DNA of 61,663 nt, filler included, from Choristocarpus tenellus KU-1152 (GCA_964200185.2; 14 parts of 14 records of this genome joined end to end with filler, not necessarily neighbours in it); one strand, 5' to 3'. Positions 38,817 through 52,003 are shown, counted from the first letter of the whole stretch. The notes: generated from the letters alone by a model not told the origin. Program-made: numbers and translations.

Positions 38817-41800
38817 TCCCCCACCCTCGCCAAGAGCCCCACACACCTATATTTGAAAAAAATGCGTGACTCCTCCACGACTTCTTCCCTCCTCCTCCTC
38901 AAAGACACCTGTCCAATCCCTCCAGAGAATCCGCTGTGTAGAAACCCTCCGTCTGCCTCAGAAGAGGGCACAGCCGGCGTTTGATGGAATACACTATTCA
39001 CAGCATGTTTTACTACTACTGTACAGTAATGTTGCTACTGGAACTACAGAGTGCTGTTGCCACGTTGTCCTCCCTCCTCCGTAGTGGCAAGTTGGCGGTG
39101 GAGGGGTCTCGAGTGTTTCTAATACTGAGCTCCATAGTCAGCCGACTCTTTCAAGTAAATATGTGGTACGGTTACATATTATAGTCTACTTTGAAGAATC
39201 TCAATACAGAAAAAAGGGGCGTGATGGCCATACACAGCTATACTGCTCTCCTCAATGGCATAAGACCTTTGAAGAGTCTGCCCAAGGGCTCTGGGTGGTA
39301 AATATGTTTGTGGTTTGGAGTAAGTTGGGGTGTGTGTTATGAATAGTAATATAGCTATACCACTGTATATATTTTATGCAGAAGTATTTTATTCCACCAT
39401 CCATACGTACCTAACCTCAGTTTCAGTCATCTACTTCGATATATATTACAATACATAGACTATGATTTTACCTATTTTACACCATTGAGAATAATAGGTA
39501 CAACAGTGTAAACTCGGACGTATAAATACACAACTAACCAACCGCGACCATGTGCGCGAAATCTAAAATGATACCCCCCTACAGGAAATCACATTGGGGT
39601 ATGATCACTATCAAGTTCCTCCTGAAGAGTAGCCCCTGTTGGACAAGATGCCATTGCCAACAACCAGTCAAGCACAACCCTACTCGGGCCTAAAGGGAGA
39701 GGCTTCCATACGGCTGGTGATACAATCTGGTAAGCAAACACGAGACTCGCTATACCCGCGCCACGTGTCGACGCCTATGTCATCGATACGACTTCACCCC
39801 CCCGTAGTATGGGTACCTTCCTTTAATGAGAGTGTAGGCAGGCACTTGACGGGAACAGGAACACAGGCGGAAGTGCTGCTATCACCCAAACAACACACGG
39901 GCAGTTGGATCGAACAGGCACCCCACCAGTCAGTGCTTTCTGGGGATGGCTTCGGTGTTGCGTTGATCTTGTACACTTTGGTGTTTGAGGGGTACATACA
40001 CCCCGCAAGTTGTCGCTAGCAATGCCTCTCAAAACATGGTCCTGAGGTTTTTGGGACTACTGTCACAGTCTGTCCCACTCGATGAAAGATGCTGGTCCCT
40101 CTAGACTGTTAAGCCTTCTCGCCCTAACGTGTTCTGATTGGTGATAAGAATTGGTACTGAAGTACTATTATTGGATTAGTCAGTTATCTTCATTGTTCAG
40201 GTTCATCCTCAAAATATAATACCATGTACGCAATATAATATGAATGAATATAGTAGACGAGTAAGTGCAACCCACCAAGCATGACTTCATTCATTGTAAT
40301 CGCCCTATAATATAGTGGGAAGTTAATTAACAACTAGTTTCACAAACGTGGGAACGACCTACCTATCCAGGACCCAATCGACGACATGGATCATGATACT
40401 CTTGGTAGGATCCAACCGATGGTCAGAAAATCGCTCAAACATAGTACTTCGTATACCACCATTTATATATATACATTTGATACCACCACAGATAAAAATT
40501 CAACATACACAAATCAAGAGTCCAAGATATAACCACCCCTTCACTCATGCTATGTTTTAGAGAAAAATAAAGTTCGGAATTTTGACACGAACCGCCTGAG
40601 ATCGAAACAGGAGGGTCACAGCGAGGCATGAATTTCAACGGACAAGAGGCCAATACATGTAACGGTGACTTAGCATGATGATCATAGTAGGAAGAAAAAG
40701 CAAACAACAGTCTGAAACGCACATTTTGGTTCACTACTCAGTACCTGAATGAAGTTGTCCTGTATTTTTCCTCTAGTCTTCTTGTTGTGGGGTATTTTTT
40801 AATGAAAACGATTTATACGTAGGTTGGATCATCCACTTCGTATTTCATATTTGCAAGCATTAAGAATTATAATAGTAGTATACATCTCCAAAATGTCAGA
40901 CCATAATATAATTGCAGTATAGTGTTGATAATACCACCAGACATCTTCCTTACACCAATCAAAACCAAAATTTGTGAGTAGGCGTAACGACCATTCCAGG
41001 ACGCTAGTTTTCCAAATCTATCTTTTACCGAGTGTAAAACATTGTCGCATTTGCTAAGAAAACAACTTTAAAATAATGTTTTTAGAAAGACCGCGATGTT
41101 GGGTGCACGCGCTAAAAAAAACGTTCCCAAGTTATGAAGAAATCAAGTCGCATTGATGACATAGGTAGGTGTCAATACATGGTAGCAAGCTGTGTTTGGC
41201 AATCAGATTTTACCGACTACTGTATACTAGAAGAAGGCCTCTCCGTTTTGATGTTATTTGGGTTGTGCTTGACTGATTCCTGGCACTGTTGAACATGTCC
41301 AACAGGGCCTACTCTTCAAGAGGAAACCGATATGGGAAGATACCATTTTAGTGCGTGCATACATCATGACAATTGGTGGGGTTTTTAGATGCGAACACAC
41401 ATATCTCCACTACTAGTGTTCTGAATTGTGTTAGTACCCCTACTGCCGAGTATCCAGGACTTTACACTGGACCGGGCAACTGTGAAAGAGTCAGAGTGCA
41501 AACTAGCTCAATAAGAAGAATATTTTTTAGTTTTGCCAGACCAGGATTGCTTGATATATATATTATTAAAGGGTAAGGCCGGTTCTCAGATCGTCAGGCC
41601 AGGTCAGGTGCTTTGCGTGTGTATTGTGAATTTCCATGTTGATGTTAAAATTGCAAATTTCACAGCAGTTTTTAATTTTTCTGTATAAAAAAAGCACCAG
41701 ACCTCTGAACAGTGGATTTTAGAAATAGAAGATGGAGCGTACTATTGAGGATGGTTTTGACCGAAGATGGTGCGGAAAAAGTGTCGATATGTTTTTTTTT

Positions 41801-42023
41801 GTAAATGTTGTGGCACTTTTTAAGGGGCACTTTTTGAATGGGAGGGAATCCATGCCGAAGGTGGTAGTAGGACATACTTAATTGATCTTGTACGTTTCCA
41901 ATGTCCAGAAACCAAAAGGTCAANNNNNNNNNNNNNNNNNNNNNNNNNNNNNNNNNNNNNNNNNNNNTTAATTAATTAANNNNNNNNNNNNNNNNNNNNN
42001 NNNNNNNNNNNNNNNNNNNNNNN

Positions 42024-45000
42024 TCAGGTGGACCAAAAATTGAAAATACACATTCTACCAGCGTACAAGCAATTGTTGTGGCCCCTTTATTTGGAACAGG
42101 GCCCAGCACAACAACACGAGTGAGGTGATCAATGGCAGATAACACATACGAGCATACCATACCATTTGCTGCTGGGGAACGTGATTTGTACTCTACCAAA
42201 GCAATAGCAACACGTTGAAATGGTCTGTCAACGGGCATATGGCCATTAGGAAGCGTCGGCTTCTTATGAGCAGTCTTACGTGTTTGACATGCTTGACAAT
42301 CACGACACGATGTACGAGTATCGATATTGAAAGTAGGCCACCAATACGAGTCTCTTAACCTTATCGAACGTGGGTTTGAAACCTAAGTGACCTCCAGACA
42401 ATGCATGATCATGACAAGCATGGAGTACAAGACGGACTAACGAGTGAGGAACACGACCAACTGGTCTCTAAATGTGCTCCTCTTACAAAGATGGCCTGGT
42501 AAATACGAACGATACAGTAAGCCATTACCAAGGAAAAAAATTCAACATGGATGTCGTTGATTCCTTATCAGGTGGTGGGGCGACGTTGGGGGACTGTAAA
42601 TACCTGAAATATGGTCTGAACTCAGATTGCTGCTCCCTGCGCAATTGCTCCGGGTCCACTGAAGGAAACACGGTAGTGGAACTAGTAAATAGTTCATGAT
42701 CACTTTGGACGGGCGTTGCTTGGTCAAGGTTAGAAGCAGATAACTCGTATTCCTTTTGAACACGCGTGGTAAGTGCACGACTACCTTCAGGCACATCACA
42801 ACAGATTGGTGCCAGCATTGGAGCAACGGATTTCTCCTGTTCCTTGAAGTTGAAAATACGAGATAGAGTATCAGGTATAACATTGAGCTTACCGGGCTTA
42901 TATTTGACTGTGAAATCATAAGCTTGAAGAGCAATAGCCCAACGAGTAAGCATGTTACTGGTATCATGTTACTGGTATCCTGCATTCTATACAAGTAACA
43001 CAATGCGGCATGATCTGTGATGCAGGTAAAGTGTCTACCCCAGAGATACGGTAGCCAATGAGTGATGGCTGTAATGACTGCATAACATTCTCTTAATGTA
43101 GCTGAATAATGACGTTGGGCTTCATTAAATTTCTCACTGAAGTATGCAGTGTACCTAGGTCTGCAGAATTATCGGATCGAGGTTGTTCTAAAAACCCTCC
43201 AGCACCACTCTCACTGGCATCAACATGGATGATGAATTCTTTGGCAAAGTCAGGGAACACGAGTACCAGGGCTGCAGTGAGTAATTGTTTTACTTTCAAA
43301 ATTCCCACATCCTGGTCCAATCCCCATTTTTTATCCACTCTCTTACTGACACCTTTTTTAGTGAGAAGAACTAACGGTTCGATTACTGTGGCTAAGTTGG
43401 GTATGAATTTGTGTAAATAATTAATCATACCTAGGGCAGATCGAAGTTCTTTGATGGTGGTGGGTTTGGATAATTCAGTGATAGCACAGACACGATCCTC
43501 ACCGATACGAATTCCTTCAGACAATAAAATGTGACCCAGGTAATGTACTTCTTTGGGTCCAAACTGGATCTTTGATGGTTTCAAGGTTAACCTTCTGCTT
43601 GTAAAGCTTTGAATTGCTGTTCTAGTAAGTGTAGATGTCCTTCCCATGTGGGAGAACAAGCAATCAGATTGTCCATGTAATCTAGTAACCCACTCAGTGG
43701 ACCAAAATTTGCAAAGGCTAAGGACATGATTCTTTGAAATTGCCAGGGAGAAGTTGATATCCCAAAGGGCATCTTTTTAAAAACGTTTTTGCCTCTGGAC
43801 GTGACAAAAGCAGTTTTATCAATGTCATCCTCAGCAACAGGAATTTGCCAATATGCACTCTGAATATCACAAACGGTGATAAATTTTGCACCCCCAACAG
43901 TATATCAATATGAGACTCCATATCAGGCATAGGTCAAATCTGTCGAACAAGGTGTTTGTTAACAGTTGACCTATAGTCTACACAAAATCGTGGGGGGCCA
44001 TCAGATTTGGCCACAATAGCAACAGGACTACCCCAAGGGCTGGCATGTTTTTCTATAATGCCTTGCTCTTCCATAGTATTAACACGCGAGTCAATAACTT
44101 GTTGAGTACGGGCGTTTGCTCTTTCAGGGTTCCTGTCAATGGGTTTGGCACCAGGGTCTATTGGGATTTCTGCTTCGACTAGGGTACATCTGCCTACATC
44201 TGCTGCGTTCAACGAAAATACCGATCTATAACGAGCACAGAGGTCTAAAAGTTTAGACGCTTGTGACCGATTGAATATGGTATGTTTGAATGCATTTATC
44301 TTATTGAAGGCTTGATGTAACTCCTCTCTAGCTTTACTGAATGGAGCAGAATCAGTATTTAGAGCACTGATACTGATTGGTATCTGATCTGAAATTGGGG
44401 TTAAGTGGCCTATCACAAGATGCTTCTTTATACGGACCTTTTGTGTTGTTGGATTTACCATTTGAACCAATACTGATCTATTAACTGCTGACCAAGTACT
44501 GAGGGTGCGAGCAGCTACGATACGGTTCCGTGGGTGTGTAGGTTCACTGGTTTGATCTACAGCAGGCATAGAGTGTATGACTGACTCCACTACAACTGCA
44601 GTATCAAACGACAGGCTAGCATCAGTTATGCAACGTATGATGATTTCATGACCAGGTGGTATGTTATAATGTTTCAGTGGAGGGTGAATGTGAACAAATA
44701 TTTCTGAAATGCATGGTACATCACTAGGTGTGTCAACGGTCAAGTAATTTTCCTCTTGTTCTTCAATGGTGCCGGATACACGAGCCCTTTGTGATGAAAA
44801 CAATGAAGGTTTGGGCATGGATGGGCATCTGCACAAAGAACTGTTGAACCAAGTTTCATTATTATTACACGAGTTTGGTTGAACTAACGGCAAAGGAAAA
44901 TGTTTAGTGACGAAAACGTGCAGGCGATAAACGATGCCTGAGGAGCAAGAGGTGTGGCTGATGTCAATCTCTAATGCTTCACTCCCTACGATGGTTTCAA

Positions 45001-45985
45001 CAATACCATGACTGTTCCCAAGTGGACAGGAGTCAAATCCACCTGGGCACCCCTAGGGACAAGGGACATAATGGCCCGGTGTTGACTGTCTATCGTCACG
45101 AACACGAATACGACCCTCCACAACCCCTTTGTCTACGACGCAGGTGTGTGACCTATGCGGTCGACGAGTACCCCCTCGGATTGTCCATGCACGGCTGGGT
45201 TGTTTGACCCTCACGAGTTGCTGCCTGACAATCCGGGTACTGGCACACACTAGTTTGGTGTTGATCGGCGGTGTGCTGGAGTGTTGATGGTGTGTGTCTC
45301 TGTGTACTGTGACGTGTCCGGGGGTCGTGATGCTCTGTCAGTTGCACTGGCTGCGGGAGGTGGACTTGCAAAATCAATGTCCAAGCTGGGGACCTGTGGA
45401 GGGTTGCCTCCCCCGCTCGGTGACGTTCCACCTCCGTACGGAGCCATTGACGTTCTCTTTGTAATTGGACAAAAATCTGCCCGAGGGACCTGTCCACGAC
45501 GAGGATTGTGGGTCGCAGCACTAGTGTAAGTTGTTGGGGTGGAATTACTACCAGACAGGTTGTTAGCTTCGTGCCGTTTGGTACGGTCACCGTCACGATC
45601 CTGGGCAAACGTGGTGGCATGTTCGTCCCGAATCTGCTCCAGACGAATCGTGGGGAGTAAGCCGTCTTTCATCAGGGTTATTTTCAGCTTGGTCGACAAG
45701 TAGAGTTGTTGTGTCGACCGAATCTGAGGACGATTTTGTACGACGAACAGAACATCATCTAAGAAACGATTCATTGCTGTTGTGCAACGTAAAGTATATT
45801 TGTTGACCGACTCATTCTCTCCTTGTTTCAAGGATGTTAGTCTACGGGCTGATGCACTTGAGCATGGGCGGGGGGTAAATGCGGCGATCAAGGCTTTCTG
45901 GACATCATCCCACGTCTTTGGAGGTATGATGGGGACAGGCGTGTCAAGAAATGATTGCCAACAAGTCAAGTCACTTGTTGAACGA
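42024..45985 (-). mobile_element. Decayed Ty3/gypsy retrotransposon (gag, RT, RNase H, integrase)
   Basis: Gag 45250-45969 (LTSLKQGENESVNKY). RT: PWGSPVAIVAKSDG..RFCVDYR, MPFGISTSP..FQRIM, YMDNL, EVHYLGH. RNase H: FIIHVDAS, TDHAAL, LTRWAIALQAYDF..YKPGKLN..PDTLSR. Integrase: HDH..GGHLG, CQACQ, RPFQRVAI. Order RT-RH-IN; several frameshifts. Confidence 0.96.
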
Positions 45986-46254
45986 AAGACAAACTATCGT
46001 AGGGTTAGGGTAGAGCCGCGTCCATTCGGGGATCAAAATCCAATGTTGCGATTTTGATGTAATTTTGTCTATCGTTTTTGTTAGGAGAGATGTCAACATC
46101 CTTGATCCGGACACTTCTTTTCACATCATACGTATCTTACCTACACCAAAATAATAATGGTGCAGGTAATATGTCATTAAAACCCGTGGGCAGCCAACCA
46201 AGCCCCAAATGGACAAAGAGGGAAAAACTCTTACCCTCTAAGGTAATTTCACTC
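45986..46254 (+). mobile_element. MITE family B, full diverged copy with telomere-like insertion in the left TIR
   Basis: aagacaaactatcgtagggttagggtagagccgcgtccatt ... taccctctaaggtaatttcactc; flanks acga|...|acgc. Confidence 0.9.
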
Positions 46255-46259
46255 ACGCC

Positions 46260-47480
46260 GCTCTGTTGTACCTGCCAATGCCTGAAAATAGAATGTTTCA
46301 GCAGGTCCTTGAAGAATTTTCAGTTAAAATTCTACGCAACGAGCATCAACTTTTTCAGGGGATGCAGGACCGTACTGACTAGAATGTACTGACTAGAACG
46401 TACTGACTACAATGCAGGGATATTGCCACAGTCCATTTAGGGAACAGGAGTGGCAAATCTTCTTCTCCAGCAGAACCTGTAATTGTCAGACCAGATGGGA
46501 CTTCTTCCGAAGCGGAAAACCTGAAACGACTCCCTTCTGACAGTGTTTCGACGGATGTGGGTGTGCGACGTCGCTACTCTGTTCAACAGATCTTACGTGA
46601 TCGATGCCTGTTTCCCGAACTTGGAGCTTCAGCAGGTCCTGAAGCCATTCAGGAGGCACAGTGTTTGTTCTTGCACACTCGTTGATGTGGTGTGCAACGA
46701 ACGTTGGTACGTCATCACCGAACATGGCCCGTGAAATGGCCACCTCACAAGTAGCACAACTTGGAGGTGGGACCGTTTCTTCCTGAAAGAGGACCTGACG
46801 ACTGTCACGGTCGCCCAAGCTAACACAATGCTCAAGGGTCGAGGACACGGGTCTGGCATGAGCCTGACGATCTCTTGGGGGGGGAAGGAGGGGAACCTTG
46901 TCTACGTTTGTCAAGTGTTACGTTACTGGATGACGTAGAGTTGACGATAGACGAGTCAGATTCAGAGTCAGAGTCAGAGTCAGATATTGGTTGAAGATTC
47001 CACGTCTTCTGTAGACTCGTGACCTTGGACCTCTTCCTCTGACATTTTGGATGGTTCCAGATGTGGAGTCAGGCGCTCCTGTGCACGAGGTTTTCGCCTC
47101 GATCTTGAGTTCGGTATCTTTTGTCCGTGGTCAAACAAAAAAAGAAAATTCTGTGTCACCCTGTTTCTGAGTTCACCGGTGTCGCCCAAAGTGAATTGTG
47201 TGAATCTGTGGTGGTGTGGTTCACTCAGGTAAGGGGGGGGTGAAGAGAATCACTGGGCAAGATGGATCACACGAACAAAGACAAACCATAACGGAGGATA
47301 CGAGGTTACGGTTGGACAAGTGCAAATTGAGGAGTGATGGGCATCTTCAGAGATGGGGCTTCATCGCCACAAGTGAAGAAGTGGGAACAGTGGATCTTCC
47401 ATGTGTGACAACTCTGAATGACGAGCTGTCCCAAGTCTGTGGGATTGGTCTTGTGAAGAGATTCCATGGTTTGATTCTGA
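46260..47480 (-). pseudogene. Possible decayed 5' part of a CRE/R2-like non-LTR element
   Basis: Cys/His-rich fragments (HCSHFFTC..LK, CATCE..HHINEC..VPPEWLQDL) in broken ORFs. No RT motif, because the segment is cut by the MITE. Confidence 0.28.
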
Positions 47481-47934
47481 CGGAAGGTCCGCCAGTGGAA
47501 TCGTAGATGCTTGACAAGGAATCTCAATTGGTACAACGGTGTAACGGTATATGGCATACGGCAATAACGGTATAACAGTATAACAACAGACAAACATGCT
47601 TTCCACAAGTTGTATGATATAGGTGTATTGTATAGTTGTATGATACAGGTGTATGATATAGGTGTATGGTATAGTTATATGGTATGGTTGTATTGTATAG
47701 TTTTATGATGTAGGTGTATTGCAATTATCCTTATCTTTATCCTTTCCTTATCCTTTCCTTATCATTATCACTATCACTATCCTTATCCCTATCTTTACAA
47801 TTATCATTACCACTACCACTATCATCCTCTGCCTTTATGAGACTAATAATGCGAATGTCTCTCTCTGTTGCTCTTGTCCCTTTGTACCTTGCCTCTCCCC
47901 CCTCCCCCCCTTCACCTTCTGGATGACATGACAG

Positions 47935-48081
47935 CACTTCTTTGGTTATAGTCACCCCATTACTGGACATGATCGGACTCCCAGTATCATTTCTGAGAGA
48001 GAGGTACTGGAGATGTACCTTCCTTCTTTTAAAGCTGCAGTTGATGCTGGTGTGTTATCTGCAATGGAAAGTTACAATGAG
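47935..48081 (+). CDS. Glycoside hydrolase family 3 beta-glucosidase, internal exon
   Basis: acag|HFFGYSHPITGHDRTPSIISEREVLEMYLPSFKAAVDAGVLSAMESYNE|gtgatt; 147 nt; (K)HF.GY and YLP.F.AAV.AG....M.SYN motifs. Confidence 0.95.
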
Positions 48082-48331
48082 GTGATTGGTTTTCATACTA
48101 CATGTCATGTCAGATTTTTATTCTATTCAGTCTTCAATTCAAGCAAATTCAATTAAAAAATGAAAAAAACAGTACCTGGTGAGATTTTTTTTTTTTACCA
48201 ATCCGAAACAGTAGTACCTGTAACATAATATTTTTGTGTTTTTTTGTTTTGTGCAAATTAAATTAAATTAAATTTTGTCGTTTTTTTGTTTTTATCTTTT
48301 GGTAAACCTGACAAGTACCCCTTAGAATGAT

Positions 48332-48462
48332 GTACTTGTTGTGGTACTTGTGGTACCTGTTACGGTACTTGTGGTACTTGTTATGGTACTTGTGGTACTT
48401 GTTATGGTACTTGTGGTACCTGTTATGGTACTTGTGGTACTTGTTATGGTACTTGTTGTGGC
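48332..48462. repeat. Tandem repeat of 9/12-bp TGGTACTTG(TTA)
   Basis: Read directly; lies in the GH3 intron. Confidence 0.95.
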
Positions 48463-48652
48463 ACCAGTACATGTGTATTGGAAGTATGCGCTGTTGTTGC
48501 CTTGGTGATATGACATACCGTGATGGACCTCTGTATGGTGTACTCTAGGTTAGACGTGAATGACAATGAGATACAACAATGACATATACCAATGAGAGGA
48601 CTGTTGTTGCCTAGAGGAGAGGGCTGTTGTTGTCTAGAGGGTATTGTAGTAC

Positions 48653-48825
48653 CTGTTTTGCTACAATGTAACTGATGTAACTGTTTTGTTACAATGTAAC
48701 CGATGTAACTGTTTTGCTGCAATGTAACTGATGTAACTGTTTTGTTACAATGTAACCGATGTAACTGTTTTGCTACAATGTAACTGATGTAACTGTCTTG
48801 ATACAATGTAACCGATGCAACTGAT
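48653..48825. repeat. 28-bp minisatellite TGTAAC(T/C)GATGTAACTGTTTTG(C/T)TACAA, about 6 units
   Basis: Read directly; lies in the GH3 intron. Confidence 0.95.
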
Positions 48826-49068
48826 TTAAGTTACTACACTACACGACTGCTCTGAACTGTACGTTCAAAATGAATGTACCTTTCAAATGCATGTACCTTT
48901 CTTCTGTAATGGTGTACGTGTGTGTACTGACTGTACATGTTAGTTTTTGATTTGTACAGCTGGTGATAATCATATTATTATTGTTATTGATAGTGACTGT
49001 CAAAATACCTTTTTATAATATTATTTTTATTACTGTTATTATTACTTTTATTGTTATTGTTAGTGACT

Positions 49069-49331
49069 GAGTCAAAGTACCTTTGAGGGTAGAGCCGCGT
49101 CCATTTGGGGCCAAAATTCAATTTTGCCTTTTTGATGTAATTTTGGCTATCGTGTTTGTTCGGAAGTATCAATATCTTTGTTCCGGGCACACCTTTTCAT
49201 AACGTGTACATTTTATCTACTCTGCAACATTTTGGAGTAGGAACATGTCATTAAAAAATCCCATCGGAAGCCAAGCCCCAAATGGACAAACAAGGCAAAA
49301 CTCGTACCCTAACCCTAAGATACTTTCTCTC
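49069..49331 (+). mobile_element. MITE family B, full copy with 4-bp TSD and telomere-like insertion in the right TIR
   Basis: gact|gagtcaaagtacctttgagggta ... taccctaaccctaagatactttctctc|gact. Confidence 0.95.
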
Positions 49332-49381
49332 GACTGCTAAACTATCCATTTGTTTATCAATCGTGTAATTTTTTTTTTCAG

Positions 49382-49507
49382 TTAGATGGGATACCCATGG
49401 TCTCATCAAGAGAGTACCTGGTGGATGTGTTAAGGGGACAGCTCAACTTCCTTGGTATGCTAGTAACGGACTATGGCGAGATCAACAAGCTCGAGGGTTG
49501 GCACAAG
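49382..49507 (+). CDS. GH3 beta-glucosidase, exon with the catalytic nucleophile
   Basis: tcag|LDGIPMVSSREYLVDVLRGQLNFLGMLVTDYGEINKLEGWHK|gtactc; LR..L.F.G..VTD motif; in phase with the previous exon. Confidence 0.95.
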
Positions 49508-49866
49508 GTACTCACAGGGTTCTTGTCTTTGAATTGAAAGGTAGGATTAGACTTTTCTGAGAATCTGGTATGTGCCTTAGGGCCGTTTTTTTCTGTTGTT
49601 GATGGGGTTAGGGTTAGGGTTAGGGCTTGTAGATTGGAGGAGTGTACAAGGAAGCAATGTTGTTGTGTGTCAAGTATGCTTTATACCCAGGAATGATCAT
49701 GATCGTCCTCTCCTATTGGGGAGTTAGGAAAGCAATTTAGTTGGGATTCAAAACTGCGATCTGATCTTGTTTATTTCAAATATTTAAATGTAATATTTAA
49801 ATATACGCTGTAATTATTCTTTCATGGACACAGTAACGCAGGGGTAGCAAGTGGCTTGTCTGCTGT

Positions 49867-50295
49867 CTACCGTGTTAATACCGTGTTGATACTGTGTTAA
49901 TACCGTGTTGATACCGTGTTAATACCGTGTTGATACCGTGTTGATACCGTGTTGATACCGTATTAATACCGTGTTGATACCGTGTTGATACCGTGTTAAT
50001 ACCGTGTTGATACCGTGTTGATACCGTGTTGATACCGTGTTAATACCGTGTTGATACCGTGTTGATACTGTGTTAATACCGTGTTGATACCGTGTTGATA
50101 CTGTGTTAATACCGTGTTGATACTGTGTTAATACCGTGTTGATACCGTGTTGATACCGTGTTAATACCGTGTTGATACTGTGTTAATACCGTGTTGATAC
50201 CGTGTTGATACTGTGTTAATACCGTGTTGATACCGTGTTGATACCGTGTTGATACCGTGTTAATACCGTGTTAATACCGTGTTGATACTGTGTTA
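49867..50295. repeat. 11-bp minisatellite (G/A)ATAC(C/T)GTGTT, about 39 units
   Basis: Read directly; runs into the contig end. Confidence 0.97.
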
Positions 50296-50713
50296 NNNNN
50301 NNNNNNNNNNNNNNNNNNNNNNNNNNNNNNNNNNNNNNNTTAATTAATTAANNNNNNNNNNNNNNNNNNNNNNNNNNNNNNNNNNNNNNNNNNNNGGGGG
50401 TACAGCTTCCTCAACAACAAAAATATTAAAATTAAAAAATCCCCCCCCCCCCCCCCCAAAAAAAAAAAAAAATCTTGGGTGTACGCTACTGTCCATCAAT
50501 TGATCTTTTTTTGTATAGATGACCAAGAGGTAACTGTCCCAACATGTGGTAAGAGGTAAAATGCACTCAACATGCACACATTACTTCAAGGCACCAACAG
50601 TCGCGTCAACAATGCTGTCTGCTCCAGTTTTGATAAACAAAGGAGGCATGTATGTACGAACACATACGCACAAGGAATTCTACTTCAAAAAAAAAATAAT
50701 CCCAACGACAGCA

Positions 50714-50862
50714 TATCACACATTATTATTACACATTACTATCACACATTATTATTACACATTATTATTACACATTACTATCACACATTATTATTACACA
50801 TTACTATCAAACATTATTATTACACATTACTATCAAACATTATTATTACATATTATTATTAT
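50714..50862. repeat. Degenerate ACACATTA(T/C)TAT repeat
   Basis: Read directly. Confidence 0.9.
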
Positions 50863-50938
50863 TCCTGGCGGTACAAAGGACGAGATACAAGCTTGATGAA
50901 AAAGAAATAACAGTATACTCCCCAACTGCCAAACACAT

Positions 50939-51250
50939 GAGCCAAAGTATCCTAGGGGGTAGAGCCGCGTCCATTTGGGGGGGTCCAAATCCAATTTTGC
51001 GATTCCGATGTAATTTTGGCTATCGTGTTTGTTAGCAAGAGTCAATATCCATCATGTTGTAAGACATTGTAAGATACACCTTTTCACAACGTATACAAAT
51101 TTTACATACTCCGAAACATTTCAGAGTAGGTAAAAAAATATCATTAAAAATAATATCATTAAAAAATATATCATCAAAAAAAAAAATCACGGGAAGCCAA
51201 GCCCCAAATGGACAGAGCAAAACTCCGTACCCTTTAAGGTACTTTCACTC
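50939..51250 (+). mobile_element. MITE family B, full copy with 4-bp TSD and internal insertions
   Basis: acat|gagccaaagtatcctaggggta ... taccctttaaggtactttcactc|acat. Confidence 0.94.
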
Positions 51251-51406
51251 ACATGTATCTTGTCTGCTACTTACCCCTCATAATATTATTCATACCATGC
51301 ATCCACACCATTAATGCTATTAAACACTCAGATCAATACCACAATACTGTTAATCATACCATCAATACCATTAACGCTACAAAATACTCAGAACATTATC
51401 ACTCAC

Positions 51407-51573
51407 CCCTCTGAGGAAGTCACTTCTGACTTGATCAGTAGACCAACAAGGAGCGTGAGGAAGGTGACCCAAAGGGCCACCTCTGCAAGCATGTTTTCAT
51501 CTGTCTGCTTGTATGGCTTCCATGCTGCCAGTACCCTAAGTCCCAAGAGTGTGATCATCATAGCAATCACCAC
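51407..51573 (-). CDS. Multi-pass membrane protein (TRP/GPCR-like C-terminal TM region of large protist surface proteins), exon 3 seen
   Basis: ttag|VVIAMMITLLGLRVLAAWKPYKQTDENMLAEVALWVTFLTLLVGLLIKSEVTSSE-gg|gtgagt; PY....N.L motif. Confidence 0.85.
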
Positions 51574-52003
51574 CTAAAACACACAGACACACAGAAACAC
51601 AAAGAATAAGGGACATGCTACTGTGCTGCCTTCAAAACAGAGAGAGATAGAGACAGAGATGGAGAAGATTAACCTCACTTATAGTAACCACCCTAATGCT
51701 TATGCGGTCATCTCCTCCCTATTTGAAGATTGCATCACATTTCTATGGGGGGGGGGATGAGAGGGCAAAAAAGGCTATAAATAACAAAAAAAAACTTGTA
51801 TCAACCTGAAACCAACCCCACCCCAGTCCAAACCCGCATAACTCAAAAACGCAACACGATCAAACAAACATAAAACAAACTAATCCCTAACCTTAACCTA
51901 AAAGCAGACCATACACACACACACGATCAAAATCAAAATATAATGTTCAATACTCCAACAAAAAAAGTGCAGTGCCACCACCCTGAACTTGATCCCATCT
52001 AAC

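Noticed and set aside
48263-48548. His/Lys/Tyr- or Thr-rich ORFs
   Set aside because: Translations of the intronic TGGTACTTG tandem repeat.
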